Position numbers and translations under genes: made by a program. DNA of 63,761 bases, filler included, from Choristocarpus tenellus KU-1152 (Eukaryota > Protista > Phaeophyceae): the NCBI GenBank assembly GCA_964200185.2. It is 10 parts of 10 records of this genome, joined end to end, with 100 filler letters (N's around TTAATTAATTAA, not from the genome) between each part and the next. Parts side by side here need not be neighbours in the genome. Positions count along the whole stretch, not along the records: positions 12,372 to 21,451 come from CAXNAD020004010.1; positions 21,552 to 33,229 come from CAXNAD020002186.1; 8 more parts are not named here. One strand, 5' to 3'. Below are positions 12,372 to 24,362 of the stretch, piece by piece. A model generated the notes under the pieces. It was not told the origin of the DNA. It ran no database searches and saw nothing but the letters and a program-made list of their open reading frames with translations. Within the stretch, counting starts at the first letter, position 1, and every line of letters begins with the position of its first letter.

Positions 12372-14819
12372 TTTTTGCAAAACAACCATCCTTATAGTCC
12401 CGCTCCATCCTCAATTTTGCGAATCCCCTGTTACTTGTCGCAAGTTTTCTTCTCTACAAAATGTTTACGATTATATTTGAAGATTTCTGTTACTACTGTA
12501 CCATCCAAAATAGGAGTTTCCTTGCAAGTACTGTACGTATCCAACCGTCCACATACGTCACCTTATAATATGAATTTAAGGAGAAATGTCCAAATATTTT
12601 TTAACATGTTGACCTAATCCCTACCTTGTAATGCAGGACACAACAACAATACTAAACAACTACTAAGATAGACAGCCACACCAGTGGTTTTGTTTGGGGG
12701 TCCCTAACATCCTGTCTATAGAGTGCGCACAAAACAGCAATAGGGCTCCATCCCAACTCAAAAAGGGGCTGCTTTCGCGATTTAAGAAATTGTTGTTCCC
12801 TACGTCATATATATAGACATTGTGAATAATATATTGAAAGTAACAACTGTTAGACTTCAAGCGGTGGATATCTGCAACCATCCAAAGACACACCTCATCT
12901 TCCGTCCGATGTGTGCTCAAACAACGTTTCGTTTTTAACATTTTGCAAGAAATTATTGACCCAAAACATTATTTTGTCTCATACTCTCCGCAAGGGACTT
13001 CATCGCTAGTCAAAAATTCCGTGTTGGCCACATTTTCAAGATAAAAATACGCACAGACCACACAGCTAGAGTTACATTTATGTGTAGCTCCATCAATTAT
13101 GCTCAAGCTGGCTCAAACACCTCAGGCACGCTCTCCTCTGCGCCTTTTCTCCTTGTGGAGCTGCTTGAGTGCTGCAGCTGCTTAGAGGTGGCTTTTCGAT
13201 TCTCCCCTTTCCCCCCCAGTTGAGCCTCCACAGTCTCACTCAGATAGACATACCGCTGCTGATATACTTGTTGCGTTTTTGAGGATGCTGACAAACATGT
13301 ACAACGTTCAATGTTTTGTTACAAACGCGTGCAGAATGTTTTCTGAATTCTGTCGAAAAGTCTCAAGTCGTAGGGAAATCATTGCTCTCAAGTCGAATTT
13401 ACCACTTCATCCATAGAAATATGGGTGAATTGGAAAAGATCGAAAAACTTGCTCAAACTGCAAACCGGTCAAAACCTGGGTACCTCTCGTTTACTTTGGC
13501 TCTTTCCTCTTAATACTGTTGGAGCACAGTACCTACTATCAGGTGGACCTTTCCTTCCTCTTTCCTCCTAGCACAGACTCCCCCTAATACTACACACAGT
13601 ACCGCATTCTGGATATGGAAGGTCAACAGTAGCTTAATATGACTGTTGCAAGTGAGACAGAGACGAGAGTACTTGATACAGGATTATCACAGGACAGTAT
13701 TGTTGCAACACGTTTGTCTGTTTGTGTACTTCTCGAGATGGGTTCTTTTCTGAGGGCAAGGTGTGACTAAATGATCGCGACAGGGGTACAGGGATGAAGC
13801 ACATTAGAGGATATTGCAAGCAAGGGACCCCCAGGAGAGAAAGAAAGAGCATATTAGCCACACGTTCGTATGAGGAACAGACATGAACATAATGACGCAA
13901 AGTGGAGCACAGATCACACTCCCACGTCGGTCTCTCTGCTTGTATTGATCACACTCTAGATCTCACACCTTCCATCATCGTCTTTCAACCGTTGGAATTT
14001 ACGATCAAGAGAAGTCCATAATAAGTCCATGGGCCCTCATACAACCTTGAAGGATACCCTTACATCGTCCATCTGAACGACAGGAAGCAGGTCACAATAA
14101 ACTAGTTTTCATTAGGATGATTGGCTACAAACACCACTTTCTGGCTCCTCGAGAGGGGCTAAACGGCACTGGGACAATGAATGCAAGCAGGGGAACAAAC
14201 AGTGCTAGACTGCTAATAAACTTGAGTTGTGAAGGGAACAACGTGCAAATCAAGCCAAATATCCTGGAGGGATACCTTTATGCCTGGCGTGTAGCACCAA
14301 AGAAAGAAGCACTCTGCAGTATCCCCAACAATATCTGTAGGTAATAACATGGATAAGTGAGGAGATCGCACAACTGTTACAGCGTGCCCCAGAACCCACC
14401 TCCACAGGATGTACAACTCAAATCCAACGGCCTTAAAACGGCGCTATGGGGACGTTGCCCTTGGAAAACAGTTTGTTGGGTGTCAGGCAGCCTTTTCTCT
14501 CGATACTCCACTCAGTGCTTAGCTCAAAGCTCGACTAAATGTTTCGTTCAAGATAAAAATACTGATTTAAGGGAGGTAATGGATTTGACCAAAAGCCTTC
14601 TTATTATTTTCCTCATCCACCCAACTTCTGTGGTCTTCTATGCAACTGCTCTATACGTACTCCAATCATAACCTTTGTTCTGCAACTTCTTAGACACTTT
14701 GACGTTTTCTTCTGTAATGTTACGTATGCATTACGAATCTTACTCTGTATCTTCTACGAAATCAGCATTTATTCTGTAAGGCTACCTATGTGTTACAAAT
14801 CTCGTATATCATTCGCACT

Positions 14820-14975
14820 TGTTAGAACGTGAGAAACAAAGCTCGCACTATTCGCCTGTCACAAATGTTCGTGTTTGCTAAAACATGAGAAGAAATGCTC
14901 GCGCTATTCGCGTGTAACAAATGCTCGCATTTGTTAGAGCACAAGAAGAAATGCTCGCGCTTTTCGCCTGTAACA
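14820..14975. repeat. About 3 degenerate copies of a ~56-bp tandem unit
   Basis: ttgttagaac..gagaa..aaatgctcgcgctattcgcctgtaacaaatg recurs with ~56-bp period. Confidence 0.75.
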
Positions 14976-15645
14976 CAACTTGCCTTTATGTGGTGTAGGG
15001 CGCGATAGTGATCCTACCTAGCTTACCTCAGTACTATATTATTTTCCTTCACTGTATGTATTAAGGGGGCAATCTCAACCAGTCTTCAGAGGCATTCCAC
15101 ACTACTTTACTTCTCATACAAAATAATCCTAAATACTGTTTTTACTTTTTATATACCGAGTCCTCCACAACTAATTGCATTACTGCCTCTGCTTGTTTGT
15201 CTCTCGCTCAACCTGTCTTGGGTTCAGCAACTATCCCACCCCTTGTTGCTGCCCCCCCTCCCCTGAAAACACACTAATCCTGTACTCATGTAGGAGCTGC
15301 CTGGCAATGAAGCAATTTCACGTCGTTCGTTTGGCATTTTAGAGGGTGTAGCGATAGATAGGATTATTCAGGTGCAAAATCCGCATACTCGACAAGTGGA
15401 CATCGGATACATGGATGATCAGACCAGGCTTTCAAAAAATATTTTTTTGGCGTGAATGGGGTTCGAATCTGGAGATATGGGCCAGAGACACCGCATTTTG
15501 TTTAGGAGTGTGTATCTCTCCAAGTCTAAGAGGTGTTGCCACAAAGAGTAAACTACTGATAAAAATGAAACTGTATTGCCACCCTGGACAATCTGAGAAC
15601 GTTCGTTCTCCTCTCCATAATGTATGACACAATCGATACTAGTTG

Positions 15646-15739
15646 GCAAAATGTCAGAGGGCATAATATTAATATACTATATATACACTAGTTAGAAAAG
15701 TAGGTGTATATTATATTATTATGCCCTCTGACATTTTGC
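15646..15739. repeat. Inverted repeat / hairpin with perfect 23-bp arms
   Basis: gcaaaatgtcagagggcataata (15646-15668) and tattatgccctctgacattttgc (15717-15739). Confidence 0.9.
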
Positions 15740-16331
15740 AGATGTGTCAGGTGTATATAGTCAACATAATCACTATAATTTGCAGATGGAAATATTGATA
15801 TATTGGGTGACATGAATTTGGCGGTAGGGATAGAATCTTCCCTTACAGTTATAAAGACTTGCAATAAATTTTCCTATTTATAGTCAATAAATTCTAGCAA
15901 TAAATCTGTTCTATTTGTAGTCATAGTTTTCTTTGAATTCGATCAGTAGAGTGAGTGTTGAAGATCCTGAGTTTTGTCGATAAGTTTCGGACAGATTAAC
16001 CTTTGCCCTCTCTAATATGAATTTACATTTCAACTAAAACATTATACTCTTCGAATTCCCAAATTCCTAAATAACTATTCCAGAAATATTATCGTTACAA
16101 ATTTATGTATATACATATAAACAAGTACGAATTACAAACCTCTTAAATATATGTTTCTCTCATATCGAGTGATCGAACAGGTAAGACTTCTATTCCCCCG
16201 TTCCGGATTTTCATCAAAAGATACTCTAGGTCAGGGCAACCCTCCTTGGTCAGTCCTCTCATCGTTGCCACCTGCGCTTCGTTTTCCACTACGGCGAAAG
16301 AAGTAGAGGAAAAGAAGTGTTACGCACAGCG

Positions 16332-19300
16332 ATGACTGGGACAAAAGTATGTGCGACCATCTGTGCGGCTGGCTTGTTGGCGGCTTTGCCTCGTCTCACC
16401 AGAGCTTGTTCGCCTAACGAGGGCTCGCCCACGGTTAGATATGCTGCGACAACCCGACGTCTATACCTCGAGGGAGGAGGGTGCACGAACTTGACGTCGA
16501 TCTATGAAGCGAGATCGGATAATCTTGGACCCAAAGGTCCTCTTTACTACTTTGACCTAAATAGCAATACTATCACGGATACGTGGACTGGTACTTGGTA
16601 CCTTGAATCGACCTTCTATATCGAGGGCGACTCCCTGCTCGAGCTCAAGGGAACATCCATTGGGGGGGACGTTGACCGGCTCCTCATGGTGAATTTGGGC
16701 ACCACACATGTCCGGGAATTATTGTGCTTCTTGTTCGTTTCCCTAGAATTATGAGTTTGGATATGAAGACCTGTATCACGTAGTAAATACTCCTCGACTA
16801 ATCCACCCCACATGCCTCCCACGACTTTCTCGTCCTGCCACACAGAAAAGTGATGCAAATGGTTTTATCAACTTGCGGGCTTACGGTGGAAGGCTGCTTA
16901 TTGAGAACACTGTCGTGACATCGTGGGACATCAGTGCTGGTGGTGTGGACACCAATTACGACGATGGGCGAAGGTATGGTGATAAAGTCTATGTTGTTTG
17001 CCTCGCTATTCAATAGCTCTTGTTTTGAATTAGAGGGTACTACAATAGGACGGTGTAAGGGGCTGTTTGAGTCTACCTCTCTATGGTTCCGATGACATTT
17101 TACGTTGTGAAACGTGCTCAGTCGGAGGTTTTCTGTACCCTCTAGTCATTGAATATCTTGGAAACGTTTGCGAAGGTCACCAGTTACAGCGGCTACTCAT
17201 TGCCTGCCTTAGCTATGACTCCTGTATACTGTACTCAGTGTCGATCCACAGAGTAGTCGTACTCAAGCATCTCCTTATATTTCCATTACAATACCTCTCA
17301 CTTTACAGTTACATCAGCGCCATCACTGAGACAATATTGGACCCGACTCTGTCCTGCGACGGCATGGCTCTCAACAATAAGGGCGAGGCAAGGTTGGACA
17401 TCCTCAACAGCGAAATTGCATGTAGGTATCATATGAACATATGCCACTCATTATCGTTTGTTTTAGCGATTAGACCAGTTCAGTCTATCTGAACCAAGAT
17501 ATCAGACATTGCCTGTGTGTGATCCTGTGTCAGCGCCTTTTTCACACGGTAGTTGTCGAGTTCTATGTGGTCAATCGACCAGCACGTTTCATCTTTGACG
17601 CAGATGACTCTTTTTCAGTGTGGGAGTTTTCCAGGCATTGTCTTCCATTACGAGTTGCCCTTCCATGACGGATGTATTATTTCCTCCAGCCAAACCAATG
17701 TCTCACAGAGTGTTCCTGATCTCAGCATCCCGCCAGGCCGCCAATAAGTAACATCAGAATGTTTTCTACTGTAAGCCGACTTCATCATAGAGTTCGACAC
17801 ATTACATAATTATGATACAAGTCACAGTCTTGCTTGCTTCACACAGCAAGGTAAGACCATTGGTCTGACTTACCTTTCTTCCCTCCTGTAATCGTCAACA
17901 TGTCTTGGTCTCCTTTTCAAACATGTTCATCAGACCTAGGCTGGCATGACTCAGAGTCGTATGGAGTTTCGTACAAAGTGCGTGGGCTTTGTAAGGACCT
18001 CAGCAATGAAGACATTTTCGACAAAGTGAGTGCAGGTTCCTATGCTCCATGTGGAATGGCTACTCCTTGGTTTATGCAGCAGAAGCACTTTACATGCCAT
18101 GCAAGTTGCAGGGGTATATAGTTGAAGTGCAGCAGGCAAGATATAAGACGTGCAATATGGTACTTGCACCGTGAACAGGACATATGATTCATGCAAAGAG
18201 TGAGGAATAGGGAACTTTGAAAACCGGATAGTAGAACTTACTATACCAATTGACCTATCAGTACCATCCATTGAGCCATGATGATGTAGTCACTATTCAT
18301 TCTGATAAGGCTTGATGTTCATATGGCCCAATTTAGAGAGGTGTTGACTTCATGGATATTGGTCAAATGCAGGAGCAGTCGGAGAAGAGTTGGATTGTTG
18401 CTCTCCATCAATTGGTAGATTTCTTTTTATTGTTGTAGTAGAGTCATGCCAAGCAAAATGGAGGGGTTATGAACATTAAATGAAAGGCAGTATCTAGACT
18501 GGACACAAAACCGCCTAACCAGATAGTTGAGTCAACGTTAGGCATTGTCTGTCAACCTCCGTTATCTCCACAATCTTGACGATACTCAAAAGCTATAATT
18601 CTAAGCCCTCCCCCAAGCTCTATCCCCTCTGAATTCTGCTATCACAAATTTGCTTGCGCTTAATGCACGCAGGTGAAAGTGACAGGTGACATCTTAAACT
18701 CCCACATCCACCACCTCTTCTTTGGTCACTACTCCTATGGACACCAGGGTGGAAACTGGAGCTACAACATTGTCCACGACAACGCAGGCTACGGCTTTGA
18801 CCCCCATGATGATAGTGACTTTGTGACAATCAGCAATAACCATGTGTACAACAATGGGTGGCATGGGATTATTGCCTCCAAGCGTTGTGATCATGTTAGC
18901 ATCAAGGTGAGCTGTGCCTTTCAGATTGGGTTGTAAAGGTTCTACTAAAAGAAACTGTTGATTGCCTTGTAGAAGGAATGCCAGACCGCTTGATGTTAAT
19001 ATGGTGCTGTTGTGGGACCCATGAGGGTATGCGGGTTTGAATACCTCAAACTACCTGTGCTCCCCCTTGAAATATTTCCATCTCCCTGACTCGCCTACTA
19101 CATCTTCATTCTTCCAACACTGATGGCTTACTACCAAGCTATTCCTGAGTATGAGCTATTTTGATTGTTGCACACTTTACACGAAGAGTCAGTCGTTTCT
19201 ACTTTATGTTCAGGGGGAAACGTAGCTGAACACACAGTGCCAGTGTTTACTTGAGACAAGCACTTCAATTCTAGTCACGGTTTAGTTCAGGGTACTGTAA

Positions 19301-20121
19301 GCTGTATGCAAATAGCCACTGCATGGTATGTGTAAAAAATCTCTGATATCAATAGCATAAATTTCATTGTTCAATTCCACTTCTTTAAAATTGGAAGAAT
19401 GCAGGGTTTATTTTTCAAGTGTGAAGAGGAAAAGCGTCTTTGCTGAAGTTTGCAAAGCGTAGTGAGCTACATTTGGTCGGATTTAGTAGTATCTGCTGTG
19501 AACATGCACCCTGAAGGACCTCAAAGTAGTTAACGGTTATGAGTCAAAGTATCTTAGAGGGTAGGACCGCGTCCATTTGGGGTCAAAATCCAATGTTGCG
19601 ATTGTGATATAATTTTGGCTGTTGTGTTTGTTAGGAAGTGTCAGTATCCTTGTTCCGGACACACCTTTTCATGACGTATACATTTTATTTACTCCTAAAC
19701 ATGTTCGAGTAGAAAAATGTCATAGAAACATCTATGGGAGCCAAGCTCCAAATGGACAAACAGGGAAAAACTCGTACCCTCTAAGATACTTTCACTCTAT
19801 CAGCACTGTGTCTCTTGAGGAAACTCCTGCCCTTTGCTGCCCTTTGCTCCCTAAACAAACCTCATCATTTTTCTTTCCTTTTTCTCACAAACAGAACAAC
19901 ATCGTACACAACAATGGATTGAATGGCATCATGCTTCACCGTTCCTGCAACTTTTCTGTTGTGACCAACAACACCGCCTATGACAATGGAGATTCTGGTC
20001 TTGCCCTATATGAGAGCTCCCACGTCCTAGTCAATGACAACCTCTTTTATGGCAACAAACGTGAGTTTGCTTTGATGCCATTTTTCCATGTTGATATGTC
20101 TCAAAGTTGCTCACCTTTAGG

Positions 20122-20155
<34 letters not shown>

Positions 20156-21294
20156 TAGCCTCGTTTTATCCACAAAGTTGTTGCGAAAGTTATCACTCTA
20201 CGTGCACAAAAAGATATACTTTTGTGAGAGAGAGCCGCAAAAACTTGAGAATGACATGTGCAAGGTCCTATAGTGTCCAGAAAGCTACTGCGCCATCTGC
20301 TGACCTCCATGAACCACAGACAACAGCACGGCATGGAAAATGTAGTGTACTTCAACCACGAGGTCCTGCTTCTTACTGTTTCAAGCCTTTTTGGTTTCCA
20401 ATGATTTCTAGTGTGATTATGTATCCGATCAATTCACCTTCTTTGAGCACCACCTTCTTACTCATTTGTTTGCTTACATTGATTCACCTCGTCCTTTGTT
20501 ATTAAAGATGGAATCAGGTGGAGTATGGGCTCCTCTTTCTCCAACGTTCATGACAACAAGATCTATATCTCAGAGGGGGAGACAACTAGATATGGGTTGT
20601 ACTTGTGTGAGTCCTTGACAAACATTTTCTATCTTTGAGTTGGAACTGTAGTTTTCATTTGTATTTTCACACTTTCAATGCCTTCACTTGAGCACAGTTC
20701 TTGACATATGTTCATTTTGTGAGACAAAGTATCTTAGAGGGTAGAGCATCGTCCGTTTGGAGACCAAAATCTAATGTTGCGATTTTTATGTAATTTTGGC
20801 TATTGTATTTGTTAGGAAGTGTCAATATCCTTGTTCCGAACACATCTTTTCATAACATACACATTTTACCTACTCCAAAATATTTTGAGTAAGAAAATTT
20901 AATGAAAAACCCTTGGGAAGCCAAGCCCCAAATGGACAATCAAGGCAAAATTCGCTCCCTGTAAGATACTTTCACTCTGTAAAAGCTTGCTAAAACACTT
21001 CCCTTTTTGAGAGTGTTCACCACACCTCTGTTATCGGTTTATCTCCCCTACACAGTAAAGAGTACTGTGTTTCGCTGCAACGAAGCAACTAGGTAGATGT
21101 AACTTAATGATCAGTGACCCCACCAACTAAGCACCCCCCCATTTATACTTTCTTGACACTCAGACCGAGGAAATGATGAGGTTGGTGTACCTGGGACTGC
21201 TGGACGTCCTAGATCTAATTACATCCACAACAACTACATCAACCACCCTGACAAGGCCTTCCTCATCACAGAGTCGGACTGGACTGTATTGGAG
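16332..21294 (+). CDS. Mannuronan C-5 epimerase (AlgG-type beta-helix), 3'-truncated. Exons approx. 16332-16688, 16846-16973, 17309-17421, 17934-18025, 18673-18906, 19895-20060, 20508-20606, 21164-21294
   Basis: N-terminal hydrophobic signal; INLRAYGG, DGRSYISAI, GEARLDILNSEIAYLG, catalytic YGFDPHDDSD, HGIIASKRC, GIMLHRS; all intron phases consistent. Confidence 0.93.
19541..19797. mobile_element. MITE family B (~257 bp), TSD TAT, in an epimerase intron
   Basis: TIR gagtcaaagtatcttagagggta / taccctctaagatactttcactc; tat on both flanks. Confidence 0.92.
20125..20152. repeat. (AT)n microsatellite
   Basis: Directly visible. Confidence 0.9.
20721..20977. mobile_element. MITE family B, TSD TGT
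   Basis: Same TIRs and interior as 19541-19797; tgt on both flanks. Confidence 0.92.
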
Positions 21295-21359
21295 GTGGGC
21301 AGTGTGTAATAAGGATGGAAGAGGGCGAAGGGGTGTTCAAGGATGAATTTAGAACTTCA

Positions 21360-21451
21360 GACCCAAAGTATCTGGGGGGGGGGGGGGGGGGGGGGGGCCA
21401 CAGGGGGATTTTTTTTTGGCAGAAAAAAAGAAAAAGAGAATTAACATATCC
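21360..21451. mobile_element. MITE family A end at contig break
   Basis: gacccaaagtatct + long poly-G. Confidence 0.75.
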
Positions 21452-21551
21452 NNNNNNNNNNNNNNNNNNNNNNNNNNNNNNNNNNNNNNNNNNNNTTAAT
21501 TAATTAANNNNNNNNNNNNNNNNNNNNNNNNNNNNNNNNNNNNNNNNNNNN

Positions 21552-21723
21552 GGGGGGGGGGGGGGGTTGGGTCTACACCATGGTGTCCGTTCGGACCATA
21601 ACCAGGAAAAGTGCACATAAATTATCCATCCGACGTATGCAACCAAACCACCCAAAAATTGTGACATACAAAAATTTGCTCCAAATGGACAGCCGCCACC
21701 CCACCCCCCAGATACTTCGAGTC
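21552..21723. mobile_element. MITE family A, nearly full copy at contig start
   Basis: A-family interior; ends cccccagatacttcgagtc. Confidence 0.85.
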
Positions 21724-21782
21724 AAAAGGTTTTTGACAGATTGAGGGTTTAGATTACCAAGATGCCTTTGCTCCAACACCGT

Positions 21783-22130
21783 TGTTGAAACCTGAATCGA
21801 ATGCATCGTACATGTAGGCAAAATATGTAGACTACTACTAGCGATGAGGAATCATGGTGTTGCAAAGCACTGACGAGTGATATGCATAGTCTATGTTATG
21901 TATAGTTGTGATTGTGCTGCAAAGCACCGATGTATTTATTCTGTTGTAACTGAGGTGATTTATTTCTCAGTCAAGAATGATGCGATGTGAATTCAGTATT
22001 CTTGGTTGCTCAACCCAGAATNNNNNNNNNNATACTCAACGAAAGAAGTCCATGCTTTATGGAGAGGCTTGTTTCCTTGGCTGGCAAGGGTTTCCGCGGA
22101 TGTTTTAAACTCTGGTTATATTACATCCAT
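21783..22130 (+). mobile_element. LTR-like insertion starting TGTTGAAAC inside the copia RT; right end uncertain (internal N gap)
   Basis: 21783-22013 is the reverse complement (diverged) of 33330-33559; distantly similar to the solo LTR at 36021-36851. Confidence 0.65.
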
Positions 22131-22182
22131 AGTTTTCTATAGAAGATCTTGGTGATCTTGAGTACCCTAATGACTGTGAGGT

Positions 22183-22439
22183 GAGGCAAAGTATATTAGA
22201 CGGTAGAGCTGCGTTCGTTTGGAGGCCAAATCCAATATTGCGATTTTGATGTAGTTTTCGCTGTCGTGTTTGTTAGAAAGTGTCAATATCCTTGTTCCGA
22301 ACACACCTATTCATAACATACACATTTTGCCTACTCCGAAACATTTCAGAATAGGTCAAATGTCATAAGAATCCATGGGAAGCCAAGCCCCAAACGGACA
22401 AACAGGGAAAAACTCGCACCCTCTAAGATACTTTTATTC
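22183..22439. mobile_element. MITE family B nested in copia RT (TSD not clean)
   Basis: B-family TIRs and interior. Confidence 0.88.
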
Positions 22440-24362
22440 AGATTTCACGTGACAGAATTGCAAAGACAGTTGGCATTGGTCAGACTTAGTACATCAGGAG
22501 CATTTGCCAAAGATTTGGCATGGAGGGGGCAAAGAAACAGGCGGTACTACATTATCTCTCAAGGACCTTAAACAATAATGAGGATCATCAAAGTGTTGAT
22601 CCAAATATCCCGTACAGAGAGGCAGTTGGTAGTTCGATGTGTGCAGCTGTCATGACGAGACTATATATTGCCAATTCAATTCGTGAGGTTGGCAAATTCC
22701 GTAGCAGTCCGAAGTTGCACATTGGCGTGCTGTTTAGTATATTTTAGCATATTTGAATACATGTCCAGGTGTTGGATTGATTTTTGGTGGTTTTGATACT
22801 GAATGTGAGTTAAGTACATATGTTAATGCTAGCTATACTGGAGATTGTAATGATCGTAGATGAGTGACTGGAGGAGTCGCAATGTTTGCCGGAGGAGCAA
22901 TATCTTGGATGTCAAAGGTCTAAAAAGGTTGTAGCTCTGTTCTAAACCGAGAGTGAGTATATAGCCAGTATGGCACAGGATTTTTTTTTTACAAAATGTT
23001 TTCTAGTTCCCTAAACGTTGCATTGACATGTTTGAAGACGACGATGGTGCATGCAAACTAGTACGAAATGCCACTAGCTCTACTAGAGCAAAGAACATTG
23101 AAGTCTGACACAATTTTCTGAGGGACTTAGGTAGAAAAAGAGAGATCTCGTGTTGTTTCTGTTGCTACTGAAAACCAGAGAGCAGATGTGTAGATAGTAG
23201 TAAGAACTTGTAGGCAACAAGTTGAAGCATTTGATGAACATGTAGGTAGAGGGATGGATAACATGTGTTTTTTTTTAGAGAGTTTATGCTGCTTGTTTCA
23301 GCAAGGGGAGGATGTTACAATAACTAGTGTTATGCTTACGTTGTGTGTGCTGATACCATACAACATATAGCACGATATGACAGTTTCATGTGCATTTATC
23401 TTTAATTTTCAGTACAGTGCAAAGCAGTAACGTACATACTGATATGATGAGTCAGTCTTTGGGCATACGCCAGGAAATGGATGGCTAAGACAGAAGCCCA
23501 TTGAACAATTAATAGTGTATGTTCACCATGTAACTCATCAGCAACTTGTCGCGACACGCCTTTCGTCCGCGACGCTATTGTGCACACAGATCTTCTCGTT
23601 TATGACCTGAAAATATGTATAAACATAACACAAATTAGTTGAGATGTTCTGGGATGTTCTGTGGATCTTTGGATCACTTGTAGTTGAGAGTCATAATGAA
23701 GGGACGTTCAGCGAAACAATCTAACAAGACAGAATACTTTCCATTCCACTATGATTGGTCATGTGTGACATTATATTTTATTTTTAAAGTATAATTTAGT
23801 TTGATGTTGAAGTTTCTCACTTGTTAGTATTCATTACACAATATTTCAGCGCCATACCCACAGTCAGCAGTTAGAATAATTTGTTTAAATTAATCAATTT
23901 TATCAAGATCAATCTCTCACCATAATATATCTACACTCACTACTTAGAATAGTTTGTTCAAATGAATCATTTTAGGAAGAATAATGTATCGCTCATCATA
24001 TAAGATCCTACTATACAAACTACATACAAAGAAAAAAGTTCAAACCTACAGATAAGGAAGTATTACGAGAATGTGTATCTATGGAAAACTCTGTTCTGTA
24101 AACATTTGGTATTATATATAGAAAAATGCGAAGACTTATGTATCTTTTAAACGTACCTTCTCAACGTTGAAATGTGAATGAAAGAATGGAGTGTTGTAGT
24201 AAGAATAGATACTTCTATACCTGAATGTATAAATTGTTCATATAGTTTTCAACGTAAAACACAGTGAGTAGTATTCCCTTAACAGTGTCCCACTGTACAG
24301 CCTCACCGCCCCCTCGACACAACAAGCCCTGAGTCATCTACAGACGAACAGTACCATGAAAC

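Larger units (their letters stand above)
21724..23312 (+). mobile_element. Decayed Ty1/copia RT-RNase H region with PPT (23303-23312) and probable 3' LTR start TGTTACA at 23313; carries nested insertions
   Basis: KGF*QIEGLDYQDAFAPTP, EDLGDLEY..CEISRDR, PYREAVGS..M, decayed RNase H segment; aaggggagga directly before tgttac. Confidence 0.8.

Noticed and set aside
15450-15475. tRNA or SINE suggested by B-box-like ggttcgaatc (similar near 7187 and 19032)
   Set aside because: No cloverleaf or properly spaced A box found.
19622-20158. ORFs running through MITEs or microsatellites (also 33801-34043, 62846-63607, 20107-20505)
   Set aside because: Chance read-through of repeats; only 19895-20060 is a true exon.
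19541-20977. MITEs acting as introners (creating introns)
   Set aside because: They lie inside existing introns, away from splice sites, and their ends are not GT-AG.
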